A stretch of 64,000 nt of DNA from Antedon mediterranea (GCF_964355755.1 NC_092670.1:548201-612200); one strand, 5' to 3'; shown: positions 23,811 to 36,644, counted from the first letter of the stretch. Notes: generated by a model from the letters alone, not told the origin. Numbers and translations: made by a program.

Positions 23811-24662
23811 TTAACGACCGAGATGCCCTGCAGAATGATTTGAGTAAACTTGAGCAGTGGAGTAAGAAGTGGCTACTGGAGTTTAGTAAATCTAAATGTA
23901 AAGTAATGCACATTGGAAATCGAAATCCAAAACACACTTATTCAATTGATGGTACAGTTCTTGATACAACCTCTGCTGAGAAAGACCTCGGAGTCTATGT
24001 AACGTCTGACTTTAAAGTGTCGACACAAGTTTCCAAAGTTGCAGCCAAAGCCAATTCAATTGTAGGCCGAATACGGAAATCCTTTACATATATGGATAAA
24101 CAGATGTTCATGTCGCTTTATACTTCTCTTGTGCGTCCGGTTATGGAGTATGCAGTTCAAGCCTGGTCACCATATCTACAACAAGACATCAATAAACTTG
24201 AGAAAATCCAACAACGAGCTACAAAACTTGTACCAGAACTCAGAAACTTGCCCTATGAAGAGCGCAGGATACAGCTAGGTTTACCAACTTTACTGGAAAG
24301 AAGGGAACGCGGAGACCTCATCGAAGTTTTTAAATTTTTGAATGGTTACGAAAATATAGATCGCCACTCCTTTTTTAAATTAGCATCTGAAGTTGGTCCA
24401 AATATCACTCGAGGCTCAACTTTTAAATTAAAGAAACCTAGATGGAACTCAACTAAACGGAATAATTTTTTTGACACTAGAGTAATTAACAAGTGGAACT
24501 CGCTGCCCGAATCTGTTGTCAATAGCAAGAGTGTAAATTCATTCAAAAACAAGCTTGACAAATACACACACATACACACATATGAGAGAAGAGGCTCCCT
24601 ACGAGTTTAAAAACTCATTGCCTCTTAACTTTACTAAAGGTAAGAATTACTAAAGGTAAGAA
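23811..24662 (+). mobile_element. 5'-truncated CR1-clade LINE (RT C-terminus plus 3' UTR)
   Basis: Uninterrupted 256-aa ORF 23840-24610 with WSKKWLLEF..KCKVMHIG, EKDLGV, LYTSLVRPVMEYAVQAWSPY, RERGDLIEVFK and RVINKWNSLP. 3' stem-loop GAGGC..GAGTTT/AAACTC..GCCTC and terminal repeat (TTACTAAAGGTAAGAA)x2. Confidence 0.93.
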
Positions 24663-24663
24663 C

Positions 24664-24690
24664 GTTTGCTAAAGCAACCGGGCGCGGGAA
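24664..24690 (+). promoter_or_regulatory. RFX X-box-like motif and E2F-like motif at presumed CCDC57 TSS
   Basis: GTTTGCTAAAGCAAC followed by GCGCGGGAA. A GTAAGT donor at about 24702 suggests a short non-coding first exon. Confidence 0.45.
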
Positions 24691-25302
24691 CCAGCCAAGA
24701 AGTAAGTGAATTTTATTGGTGGCGCTATATATCAACAAAAGAAAAAACAATTTTTTAAACTTCATCTCCGTACTTTGTTGGACAGCAAAAATCTAAATAT
24801 TTACTGGTTAATAAGTAATCACAACACTTGTTAAAATTGTGTTTAATGTTAATGGTATCTATAGTACCTAAAATAGTCCCAGAATGTATAAAGTATAATT
24901 CCTAGGCCTTTTTAAAACCTTCGGCTAGCTACTACTAGCTAGGAAGGAGAGTAGGCCCGGGTCGGCCGGGTTAGCCTGGCCTATCTTATCTACCTAGCTA
25001 GGCTAGTACTAGGTCTAGGCCTAGTAGTAGGGCGCTACTGCTGTTTTGCACGTTAAGGCAGGGCTAGGCCGGTTCTTTGGCTGCTAGATAGAGTACCACC
25101 AGTTTACTTCCTTACCTTAATCTACTACGTGGTCGGCACAGTTGTTTTACGTCAACATGGTGGTGGCCGGATTAGTAGAGGTCGAATTATAAATTGCTCC
25201 CACGTACGGTTAGAATAACTCATCACATATTGATGACATGCTAAAAATCAGCCTCCCTATATATTCATTAAACTATACTTTTTTTCTATACAGGAGGAAA
25301 AC

Positions 25303-28300
25303 ATGGCAGAAAATTGCAAGTCTGTTCCAATACAAAGTTTGCTAGATAAAAAGGAAAAAGAATGGAAAGAACTGCAAGAACTACGAGCACAATCACTTGA
25401 AGAAGCATCCAAAATAAAAGAAAAGCAGCTTCAAGAAGAAAGATTAAAGTTTAAAACCCTCAAAGATGACTTCAAATACAATCTGATGCTTTTAAAAGAG
25501 CGAGACCAGGAGTTAAACAAGACGGAAGTGTTGTTACATAAAGTTAAAAGCGCCCTCAGTGAGAAAGTTTCAGAGATTAGCAGTCTAAAAATTGAAATAG
25601 ACGAGATGAAGACAACAGTTGCTAGGGAAACAAAAGCAAGAGAAGATCTCCAAGCCAGTTATCAAAAAAGATTGAAAAGCAGAGAGCAGGATTTTATGCG
25701 TTCAAAAATGTAATTATTGAGTGAACTTTTTTTGTACACATTAAAATAAATAATGCAGTAAAAAAACTTTTTATTTACTGTGCTCCATAAATTGTTTTTA
25801 TTTAATTTTTATAGTGCCAAAGAATCTGAAGTTAAAAAGGAACGCGACAACATCGATGTATACAAGAGAAACCTCCAGCGACAACTCCAAGAAGTAGAGG
25901 AAGAACTGGGAATCCAGAAGCAAGAACTGACATCTGAAATGGAAGACATACTCAAGAAAAGAGAGAGAGAATATCGAAAGACGATGGACGAGGCGAGCTC
26001 TAAGTTACTTGCTTATGAAATGAAAGTAAATAAGCTTATTCCTACAGCCCCACTACACTAGATGTCACAGTATTTTAAGGCAGTTTGCCTGTTCATTAAA
26101 TGCCTTACAATTTTGATTTAACTCGAAAGTTTGGTGGTATCATACATGATTTAGCTGCACTTCATTGTTAAACCAAAGTGTTTTGTCTTTTAAAATTGAT
26201 GTAAATGTTAAAATATTATCTTTTTTTCTCAAGGTTAAATTACTCGGTAGAGAATTAGAACTGGTTCGACAAGAAAATGAAAAAACGTCAAGTACCTTAC
26301 AAGATGCTGATACGCAAGCGAGGGAAACAGAAAAGAAATTAAAACAGAAGGAATGGGAATTAGAAGACTTGAAAGGAATGAAAAATGCTAGGTGCGTCGA
26401 GCTGAATATAACTAAAATATAGCAAAATATAATTACTTTATTTTCATAGTGAATAATCAAGTACTCTGTAAATAACCTTAATACATAGTAACAAACCCAA
26501 ATTACACACAAATTAGCTATACCCCATTTAAATATTTCAATTAACCTACACATAATTTTTGATAGATAAAAGAGAAGCCATCTTATAGTGTTATGTCAAT
26601 GTTTTTAATTTTTCTTTACCCGTTTTTTTTAAAAAGAATATCTGAATTGGAGAGCGAATTGCAACTGAAGGAGATTGCAGTTAAACGTGCATTGGAAGAT
26701 TATCAAAGAAGGTAACACATTTCTAAATTTGAATTGCTTTTTAAATCTTGATAAAGAAACACAACTATTAATAATGGGTACCGATCAATGTGCTTAACAC
26801 AGGTTCTCTAACGTCTCTTTAGGCATGCAGAACTTGATCGATTCGCCCGTGAAAAGGAAGCTACCGTATCTGCTATAAAATCCAGCCAAAATGAAATGGA
26901 ACAGTCACTGAAAGATCAGTTGAGAGAACATCAAGCGCAAGTAGAGGCTCTGCAGGTTGAAAAGAGAAGAATGGAATGGTCCAGTACGGACGCTATTCAA
27001 GAAAAGGATCGCATTATTAATGGGTTAATAATTTATTATTATTCATTATCAGTAAACTGTAATTGTATTTTTTTATGTGAAAAATTTAATAAATCGTAAA
27101 TTTATAAAGTTTCTGCTTCTGTGTATAAGCTCTGTCTACACTATCAAATGTTATGTGACAAAAAAATATGATGCACCTAAATATGGACAATGATGCCATA
27201 TCACTATCTTATTTGGGCACATCACAGTTTTTTTGATAGTGTAGATATAGCTTTAGTCTCTGATTTGACCCATTAACCACAAACATTAGCGAGTCATTTT
27301 TTAAGTGAATACATTAATTTTTTTAATTTATATACAAAGGCTTCAAACTGAATTATCAGATGCAAAAGAACATTCAGACCACCACCTTGCAAAGATCTCA
27401 AAAGAAGTGGTCACCAAAGATCTTGAGATCCAATCTCTCAAAGAAGTTCAAGATGCCATCCGTGGAGAACTTGCGCAAAGAAAAGAGGATGTCGAGAGAT
27501 ACAAAAAAGAGCTATCGTTAACCTTGGAAAGGGAAGCTTCTCTGGAGAGATCCAAGACTCAGCTTGGGCTGGATTGGCAGAGAAGATGCGAAGCAGCCGA
27601 GAGGAACCAGTATGCAAGTTCAGAAGAGCTTGTGGAGAGATTGTCCAAAGCTAGACAAGAGGTTCTTTTTTTAATATGGTTGATTTACTCTTCTTCTTTC
27701 CCTTTTCAATCATGTATATGGGCCGTTGGCAAAAACATAATAGACTATAACTTAAGATAATTATTTCTTCTTTCAAAAGCAAAGTAGACATACTGTATTT
27801 TCCTAAATTAAAAGTAAAGTTTGTTTGAAAGTAATAAACATAGTTTGTTAATAAAAGGATAACCATGTACAGTATAAATCTTGGAATGAATTTGTTTCTT
27901 AAATCATTATAAAATGTACATTGTAAAATAAAATGAAATTTATTCTCAACAATATTCTTTTTACATACTTTACACGTTCTCTTATATCTTTCCTTTTTAC
28001 TCTCCTTCATCTTGTCTTTTATTTTGGAGTATCATAACTTGATTTAAACCACTCTAAGTGAAACACAATAACATACACTGTTTTCAAATATCATTATTGC
28101 TTTAATTTAAGAGTGAAGCGATTATAAAAGAACAAGATCGAGAACTGGCTCAGAAGAACGACTTGATTCGAGCTGTCACACGACAGCGTGACCAGGTCAC
28201 AGCGACACTTAATAAACATGGAATTGCTGTGCAACACAACCATGTCATTGTAAGTTTACGCAGTAATAACTAAGGTAATCTATTGCATACTCACACCCAC

Positions 28301-31268
28301 CTGTCAAATTACAACTGTGCAACATGTCAGTGTAAAGCATAATTTATAGTAGTTGTAGTATTGTAATACACAGCCTATTCTTCTGGAAAATAGATATGAT
28401 AACAACATTGGGGCATTTCTTTATTTATAATTTTGACAGGATAAAGAAATTAATTTCGAAGAAGAATCACTAGACAACCTAAGGCAACAGAATGAAATGT
28501 TACGAAACGCCATCTCAGATATGAGACAAGAAATGGAACGGTTCAGCCAGCAACAACCAATAAAGGGTGTTAAAGAGAGCGGTTTGTCACCGGCCAATGA
28601 TGGACCATTATCAGAAGGTAAACAAGTAAATCTTGCCTTAAATGACAGTTTAAACACTTATATTTTTTTTATTAAATGCTTAATTTGGCTATAAATAAGT
28701 TTTATTAGCATTAAATCATCTTTATTGAAAATCTACTGTATCTTTCAGAATACGTTAAAATGATAGAAAAGGAATGCAGAGAGCTGAAAATGAAAAACAG
28801 AGAGTTGAGTGATAACTTGGACTTGATTGGTAGTTCAAAAACAAAAGTAGAAGAAGGAATTGTTCCCCTGTCTTCAGACAATCTTTACGTTCGTCGCCAT
28901 GTTCAATCTTTAAATGATATTATCGGTAAGATCAGTTTAAATCTTGAAATACTTCTTGTGATGAGTTACAAGCTTCTGAAAAAAAAACTAATAAAATATA
29001 CATTTCACAGGAACACTGCGAACAGAGAAAGTAGGACTTAACGCCAAACTTAAAAAGCAACAGATCAGGATTGCTAGTCTTGAATCCAGAATTTCACAGA
29101 TTTCTCAACAGGTAAAGTTAATTTTAGTCTAACCTGATTTAGATACCACAATAGTGAAGCAAGGTCACCCCAAAAACTACTAAATAAAGACTAAAGCTAT
29201 GTTGTTTATATTTACTTTATAAGCCTTCTACAATGAAAGCCCAAGTGGATCAACTTCAATATGAGATCTCGACCCAAATTAGACGTCATACTACAGAGGT
29301 CACATCATTTAAACATAGAATTGCGGATCTTGAGCTGGAGTTGGCCGAGACTCGACGCGAAGCGGATGAATATTACAAAGGAGGTTTACAGACAAACCTT
29401 GAAGCAATGGCGCTTGGTAACCAGGTAAATTTTAATCAACCTAAATGTACTAAATACATACATATATTTCGAGTATGCAAAAATAATGATTCTTGATTTA
29501 AAGTTCAATATAACATCTTTGAATTCTCTAATTGAAGGTGTCTGCATTGAAGATGGACATAGCAGCTAAACCACAAATGAACTCATACCAGGTACCTACA
29601 CTTTACCTGCCATTCAGTGGTTTGGTATTTTCATCTCTCCAGATTGTATTTTCACAAAGTAGTATTAATGTTATACAAATAGAAACTTTTATATATGGAA
29701 AAATTTTTTAATAAAATAATGTTTAATGTGTTGTGACTCTTGTTATTCTACTATGTTCAGTCATCATTTGTCAGTGAGCTTCAGAGGGAGGTTAATCATT
29801 TAAGGGCACAGCTAGCAAGCAGACTATCGAGTAAAGGACCAATAGGAGACCACTTGGTAAGGAGTATTTATAGGATTGTATCACTACAGTATAGTGTTAC
29901 TACTACTAATTATTATCCAAGTTTAAATATACAAACATACATTATGTTCTTAACTAGTTACAAGAGAAGTTAAAATCAGCTGCTAAACACATTCAACAGT
30001 TAGCAAAAGAACGACAACAACTAATTGAGATGGGAAACAAACTGAGAGCAGAGCTTAACAAATATCGACCTAGCAGAGGTAATGCATTAACAATTTTAAA
30101 TGGGATAATTTGAATAAAAAAGAATAAGACACATCTAATAGTTGTTCAAGGCTTTTACAGAATGGAAAATTGGCAACAAAAACAAAGCATCAAATTTAAT
30201 AATTGAGATTGTTGCAATTTCTTATTACATTTACCTTTAAATGTTACTATGCATGTTTTAGATATAGCAGAGTATGGACAGCCAAAAGCGTCAATAAAAC
30301 AGATGAAGGAAGGTTTTCAGAAAAAGTTAGGTGATGTTGAACAGCTTCAATATCAGCTTACAATGAAGGTAAAACTGTAAAGAAAATCTAATGTAAATGC
30401 ATGATTATAAAATGAAGTATCAAAAGTTGGATAAATTAGGTGATTTCGAGTACTAAATATTAGTACAGACAGTATATAGTTGATTGATTATAAACCAGTA
30501 TAATACTGGTTAGAGGAACCAGAGGAAAATGTTTTCAGTAAATATTTGTCTGCTTTCATAGGAACTACAATATGCAAATAGGGGTGTACGACGAGATGAA
30601 GAACATGCTGAGGTTGTGAAAGTAGAGCTTAGTTCATCCTCTGCATCAACATCCATACAGGAGGACGAGGACGACATGGGTCATTCCTCAGCCTTACGTA
30701 AGTTTACTAGTGTGGACTAAAAATGTATACATTTGGGACATTTATGTTTCACATTCAGTATGAATGTTTTAAATTTTACTATTGATATGTATTGTTATGA
30801 ATTTTGTGTGAAAAATAAAGAATATTCAAAATGATTGTTGGTAAAATGTTCTGTTTTTTTATAGTTCCAGGTAGGCTTACAAGTGACCAATTACAACAAG
30901 AACATATATCCATGGCAACTGAAAATCAATCAAAACAAAAACATTTAGAGGAGGGTGATATAACTATGTCTAGCAGAGGTGATGGTCAGACGCCATTACC
31001 AATGTCAACATTTGGAGAGGAGTCGTTGAAAGATGTATGGCGTTTATTGGACGATGGCATGGGATTTATGCGTAGTATTACACCTACAGTACAAGAGGAA
31101 TCGAGACAATTTACCCATAATACACCTGAACACCTTGGAATTCACGGAAAAAGGATATATCATGAACGAAAGCCTGTTGCCGAAAAGAAAGATCTTTCAA
31201 ACAGAATGGCTGGAAAAGTACAACAGAAACCAAATAAGATCAGGAATTATAATATCAAAGATGTATAA
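25303..31268 (+). CDS. CCDC57: Coiled-coil domain-containing protein 57 (centrosomal/ciliary), about 17 coding exons
   Basis: N-terminal LLDKKEKEWKELQ..LKDDFKYNLMLLKERDQEL, internal LERSKTQLGLDWQRRCE and QQLAKERQQLIEMGNKLRAEL, and C-terminal KIRNYNIKD match recalled vertebrate CCDC57 motifs. Exons bounded by GT-AG. Confidence 0.92.
27750..28070 (-). mobile_element. Non-LTR retrotransposon 3' remnant (C-terminal CCHC zinc knuckle) in CCDC57 intron
   Basis: RTCKVCKKNIVENKFHFILQCTFYNDLRNKFIP matches the RxCxxC..EDExHFxxxCxxYxxLR motif of L2/CR1/RTE-X ORF2 ends. Confidence 0.75.
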
Positions 31269-34200
31269 CAGCAATTGAAGTGCTGTACTGCCACAAGTAT
31301 TGATCACTAGATTACGAGGTAGTGATTGCAAAATTCTGTCTAATGCCAGTTGAATTTTTCTTTGACAAGACTGCCATAAACTTTATTGAATTTTGGTTGT
31401 TGAATATGCCATTTTAATGTCACATAATAGTTATTCACTTTGACCAAAAACTGGATCCAAAAAAAAAATGATTTACCTGAAAAAATGTAATTTAAAGTAA
31501 AAAATACTTCAATTGTCTGTCAGACAATGGTTTTTAATTAATTAAGAACCTTGAAATAAGAAAGGTTTTCAACACTGTTTTTTTTTTTTTTTCGAGTTAA
31601 TTATCTTATTTTTTTCATCAACATCTATACAGGAGGAAGAGGACGACATGGGTCATTCCTCGGTCTTAAGTAAGTTTACTAGTGTGGACTAAAAATGTAG
31701 ACATTTGCGACATTTATATGAATTATATTGCAATTTAGATACATACATGAGTGAGCAAGACATTGTAATAATAGTAATAGTATAATTCTCTGTATCACAA
31801 CGCAGCATAAATCTAGCATCCTTTTTTTTTTTAAATCTTAAATGTTAAGTTTAAGGAGGAAGATCCAAGATATCTGCAATGGTATGCTTTTAATATATTT
31901 ATGGGGTTTTCAAAGATATACCCACACGGTAGCAATTTGAACATTTAAATGTGTTTGTATTATTCTGAAATAAACTAAATTATTCTGAAGTGATATGAAA
32001 AGGTTCATAACTTCATTGTGGCTGTCAAATGGGTGCATACATACTATACCTGTAAGTCAATAGAATAGTATAATGGAATAGTGAACTATTGTGTTTCCCT
32101 ATTTGTTATGTTTCATTGAAGGTATTAGTTTAATAGAAGTATAATAACAGTAACACAATCTTTAAATTCATTTCTATTCTTCTTGGGAAGTCAACGATTT
32201 AAAAACGTTAAAAGTTACTGTACTTACCTGTAGTTGCGGGTTATACCTATAGTATGGAGGATCACTTTCAATCACACAAGCTGTTGTCAGTTTATGAGCA
32301 TATTTTCTGTTCCAGAGAAAGCTTTAAAAAGTTTTGTTTTAAGATGCATTGCCAAGAGAAGTTTCTTCAAACTATATCTGGGTATTGGATCCCAGGAAGG
32401 AAAATCATGAGTAACTCTGTTGCATCAACTGATATGAGAGTGGATATTTTCCAATGCAGTGAAACTTGAATTTGTCATGGGATTACCAATATGGTAAGTT
32501 TTGTTTAAACTGTTAAAGACCAGAACTAAGAAGTGGTTTAAAAGTTACAAACCAAAAGACGAATTACATCAAAATATAAAGAAATACTTTTAATCACTGT
32601 GTTATGTGATTGTATTTTTTTCAAAGGCTTTGTTCATTTCCTCAGTCTCTTGGATCTGCTACTAATATAACCTATTAGTTTTCACGCTGTAGCTTTAGCC
32701 AGCTACATACACATGAGAACTACTCATTCAGAAGCTATAAGCAAGCAGCAGTTATAGTTCTAGAGGCTGACGTTTTAGATAATTTGTAAACTAGGACGGG
32801 TCATGCTCAAATTACAAACCCCAAAACCACGTCTGGGAGAAGAGAGTCTATAAAAGCATTTGGTAGAGGGTAATCTGTAAAATCTTGTTCAATAAATAAT
32901 AACTTCTTGCTGTCAACCTAGGCCAGTATTATAATATTTCACTGTCAAATAATCAAAACATTATTTTGGCTGATATTTACAATGAGTCCCATTTGACTGT
33001 CAATCTAGACCGATATTATAATACTATAATTTGCTTTCAGATAATCATTGAATTATTAGCAAAATAGTCCATATATTAGTAAAATTTTTGTTTGTAATAG
33101 GATACAATTTGTTCACACTTGAAGCATCTAGGCTTGATGAAGTGATCTCAGACTTGACCTTAGCAATAAAATAAACTAAAGTGACAGAAATTGAGTCTGT
33201 TTAGTTAGTTAGTTAGTAATATTATTTAGACATCATTTTTATTTAAATTATTTAATAAGCACATCATCTTTTCGAGATTCAATTTTTCAATTTCAATTGC
33301 ACAATTATGACATATCAAAGTATGAATTCTTATTGTATTTTACTTCAAATACAAAGGTTATTCACTTATGTAACAAAAAAAATAATATTTATTCACGTAT
33401 AAAAAGAGGTTAATTATAACCCAAAAACCATTGTCTGACAGACAATTTAAGTATTTTTTTGCTTTAAATTACATTTTTTCCAGGTAAATAATTGTTTTGT
33501 TAACGTGAATAACTATTTATGTGACAATAAAATGACACATTCAAAAACAAATTTGAAATAAAAAATATTTTTCAGGGGGACAATATATCTTTAAAACTGT
33601 TGCGTCAACAAGCGAGCGGAGTTTTTTGTAAGAAATATTTCTTGTTTATTTTGCATTTAAAAAAAATGTCTAGAGGGCGACATTGAACACCGTGACCACG
33701 AAACCACGAAAACTTTCATAGAAGTTAACTTGTTTTTTGTTTAATTATTGCAAAAGTTATTTTATTCCCCTTAAGGTAAATTAGTAATACATTAAAATTA
33801 ATTAGGCATAAATAAGTTTCGATTAATAAGTCTATTTTTATTAAAATTAGAGGTTTTCAAGTTCCAGGACAATGATCGTATTGTCGCGAGACATTTCGTC
33901 CTAACTATGTAGCCCGTCTACCTATGAACAGATGTTTGTGCTTGTTGTGTAGAATTTAGGCTGGATAAATTTTCTTCATCATATATATTATAAATGACCC
34001 TAGATGTATTTTTGATTGAAGAAAAAGTCATCAATAATTGCTTTGCTTTAAACTTAATACTTTGACATACCAACTTAATGCTGTTGCGCTGAGAAGTCTT
34101 GATATATCTCTGCATAATACTATTAATGTTATATTTTGGGGTGGGTCGCCCACATGACTGAACTACTTTTCATTGTTGTTTTCAACAAACTAGTTTAATA

Positions 34201-34534
34201 TTATGTCATTGTATATTATCATGTTATATTGTGGAAATAATTTGAAATTGAATTAAATTTCTTCGCTCAATTCTTTTTCCAGTTATTCATATTGCAAATT
34301 ATTTTAGTTTTTCTTAATCAGTCTGTGTTTTTGTAAATGTAGAAGTGATGTTCTCAACACAAGATTATTATTACCATATACCTCTGATAAATATGTGTTG
34401 AGAACATCAGCCAGTCATAATGTTTACACTAACACAGATGTTTATGCTAAGTTTGTTTGTTTAAGGTATTTATTGCTACATCCTAACAAAATACAAAATG
34501 GAAGGATTTAACATAATTACCCCTTTTTTAACAG

Positions 34535-35222
34535 ATGCAGACCAATGACAAATTAACTGACCCAAAAGATAAAGAAAATGAAAAGTGCCTTGCAGAATCT
34601 TCTGGTAACAAACCTCATCATGGGGCGCTTGAAGGCTGGGAGAAAGATATAAAACATCAACTTGGTGGGTTTTCTTCGGATATGGATGAAAAGTGCCTTG
34701 CAGAATCTTCTGGTAACAAACGACACCATGAAGACCCAGAGAAAGATATGGATTTAGATTTACTCTGTGATGTATCTCTGAAAGATAAGAAAATGCTATA
34801 CAAATTGTATGAAGATATATGCAAGCCACAGCAAAGGGTAACACATACAGTAATACAATTTTTCTAAATGTTTTACTAACAAATATACACATACAACCTA
34901 GACTCATACAGTATATCCATTGTCAGTACAGTTTTGGTCCCGCTTGCATATGATGAAATTGGTCTTGTCGGACGCATTGGGAAGTGAGGAACTACATGCA
35001 CTAATTACTAAATTAATCAAAGTAATGAAGTACTATAATACAATTATGGGAATAAATGTAGAAAATTAACATTCCATTCTGTTTACATTTCAGAACAAAG
35101 AAAATGGTGCAAATATTCCAGTTCGTCGGCCATATGGAGATAAAGGGGTCCGGTGTACAAATTGCCTGAAATTATTTTATGACAAACCTGCCATGGACGA
35201 GCACCTTAACTTAGGATGTTAA
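34535..35222 (+). CDS. Candidate small two-exon protein (143 aa; exons 34535-34837, 35094-35222) ending in a C2HC zinc finger
   Basis: Polypyrimidine-CAG acceptors and a GT donor join in phase 0. C-terminus CTNCLKLFYDKPAMDEHLNLGC*. Internal repeat EKCLAESSGNK x2. Expression is unproven. Confidence 0.45.
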
Positions 35223-35745
35223 GTCAACCCCTATATTCTGAGAAATTTGGCGAGAGACATCTTATATAAATCTGTAACAAATAAAATTAACAAAACAAAA
35301 TTGAAAATGGCACATTAATCTCATTTAAGATGCCTTTATGTAGACTAAGTTTATGTAGTCAAAAAGTGTTTTAGATTTTATATATATCTTTTTTTTTCTC
35401 TTTTGTGGGGGCAACCCACTTTTATTGCAATGATAAACAATATGATACAGGTTATATTATCAATCTATCAATGAATATATATATATATTATATATAAGTG
35501 ATATTACACAGTCTGAGGTAAAAAGATTATAGAAAATATTTTGATATTGTGTTGAAATCTAAATATGATAAAACAAATATGTATACAGTGAAAATTTATA
35601 TTACAGAGCTAAAACGATATAAAGATTGATATTCAGTATTAAAAATTGAGATTAGGTATAATAATAAAAAAATGGTATATTGCATTATAAGATTACATTC
35701 ATAAAGACATTTTGAACATAATATTGCTTTCCTTATTTACATGAA

Positions 35746-35782
35746 CTAGAGGGTGAGCTCGCTTCGCTCGCTCCCCCTCTAG
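35746..35782 (-). mobile_element. Helitron-like 3' terminus (hairpin plus CTAG)
   Basis: CTAGAGGG..GCTCGCTTCGCTCGCTCCCCCTCTAG; the GCGAGCGAAGCGAGC hairpin next to CTAG is typical of Helitron ends. The other end was not located. Confidence 0.5.
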
Positions 35783-36432
35783 GAAGTGTAGACGATGCTT
35801 CTCAGGTAACTCAGGACATTCTGGCCTGGATTTTGGTCGGTTACCATTATTGAAATGCTTTTGATATTTGTAAAACTAAACCTACTCACTAACCTGTTTC
35901 ACAGTGTCTTAGATGATTAATAGCGTTTTACGTATAGTGCTTATTGTAAAGTGGTAAAAAAGAATAACAAATGCTTGGTAAATATTGTAGCTATAACAGT
36001 CGCGATAATTATTTTAATTGATGTTTTATTGGGGAGGTGTTCCGGGCGTTTATTCAAATAAATACTATCCTAATTGGTATAATTAATACATTATTCCGCG
36101 ACACAGTTGGCCGTTTTGGCCTAAGGAGGAAGACGTTTTAGACGGCTTGCAACATGGGCAGAAGTATCCCAGGGTCCTGACGGGACACAGATAGATAGCG
36201 CACAGTATACATAAAGTCTTGGCAGCTTACTCAACAACTCGGCTATCAGGGTTTCATTCGATTTCAAACAAAAGCTCTTATCATCAGTTCTCTCGATTTA
36301 TTTTTATATAATTATTTCGAACAATTTACTCCTATGTTTTATGAATATATTTAATTTGATCTTTATTTACTATACCTTCACACGCGCGGTCTGAAAATAA
36401 ACAAAAAACCAAAATGGCTATCACCACCAAGC

Positions 36433-36508
36433 ACCAATGGTCAACTTAGTTGAAACAGGGAGTTGTTTTGTTTTACAACTCCCTGTTTCAACTAAGTTGA
36501 CCATTGGT
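36433..36508. repeat. Perfect 34-bp inverted repeat with 8-nt loop
   Basis: ACCAATGGTCAACTTAGTTGAAACAGGGAGTTGT-TTTGTTTT-ACAACTCCCTGTTTCAACTAAGTTGACCATTGGT. Confidence 0.95.
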
Positions 36509-36644
36509 AGAAACCAACCATGCAGAATCAGCACTGATGGAGGCAGAGGAAATTGAAATAAATAATCTTATACTCTATCGGAGGACAGCCCCAAAGGAAA
36601 GTAAACAGTAAAGACATTCATCAACCTTTTTCAACAAACTCTAA

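Noticed and set aside
23840-24610. Stand-alone reverse-transcriptase gene (retron/DGR-like system)
   Set aside because: Only the post-catalytic C-terminal part of a CR1 ORF2 with a LINE 3' tail; no YxDD motif, no ATG start and no accessory RNA or repeats.
32254-32469. 71-aa ORF as a functional gene
   Set aside because: No recognisable domain, and the stop precedes the apparent splice donor; kept only as part of the rearranged-region findings.
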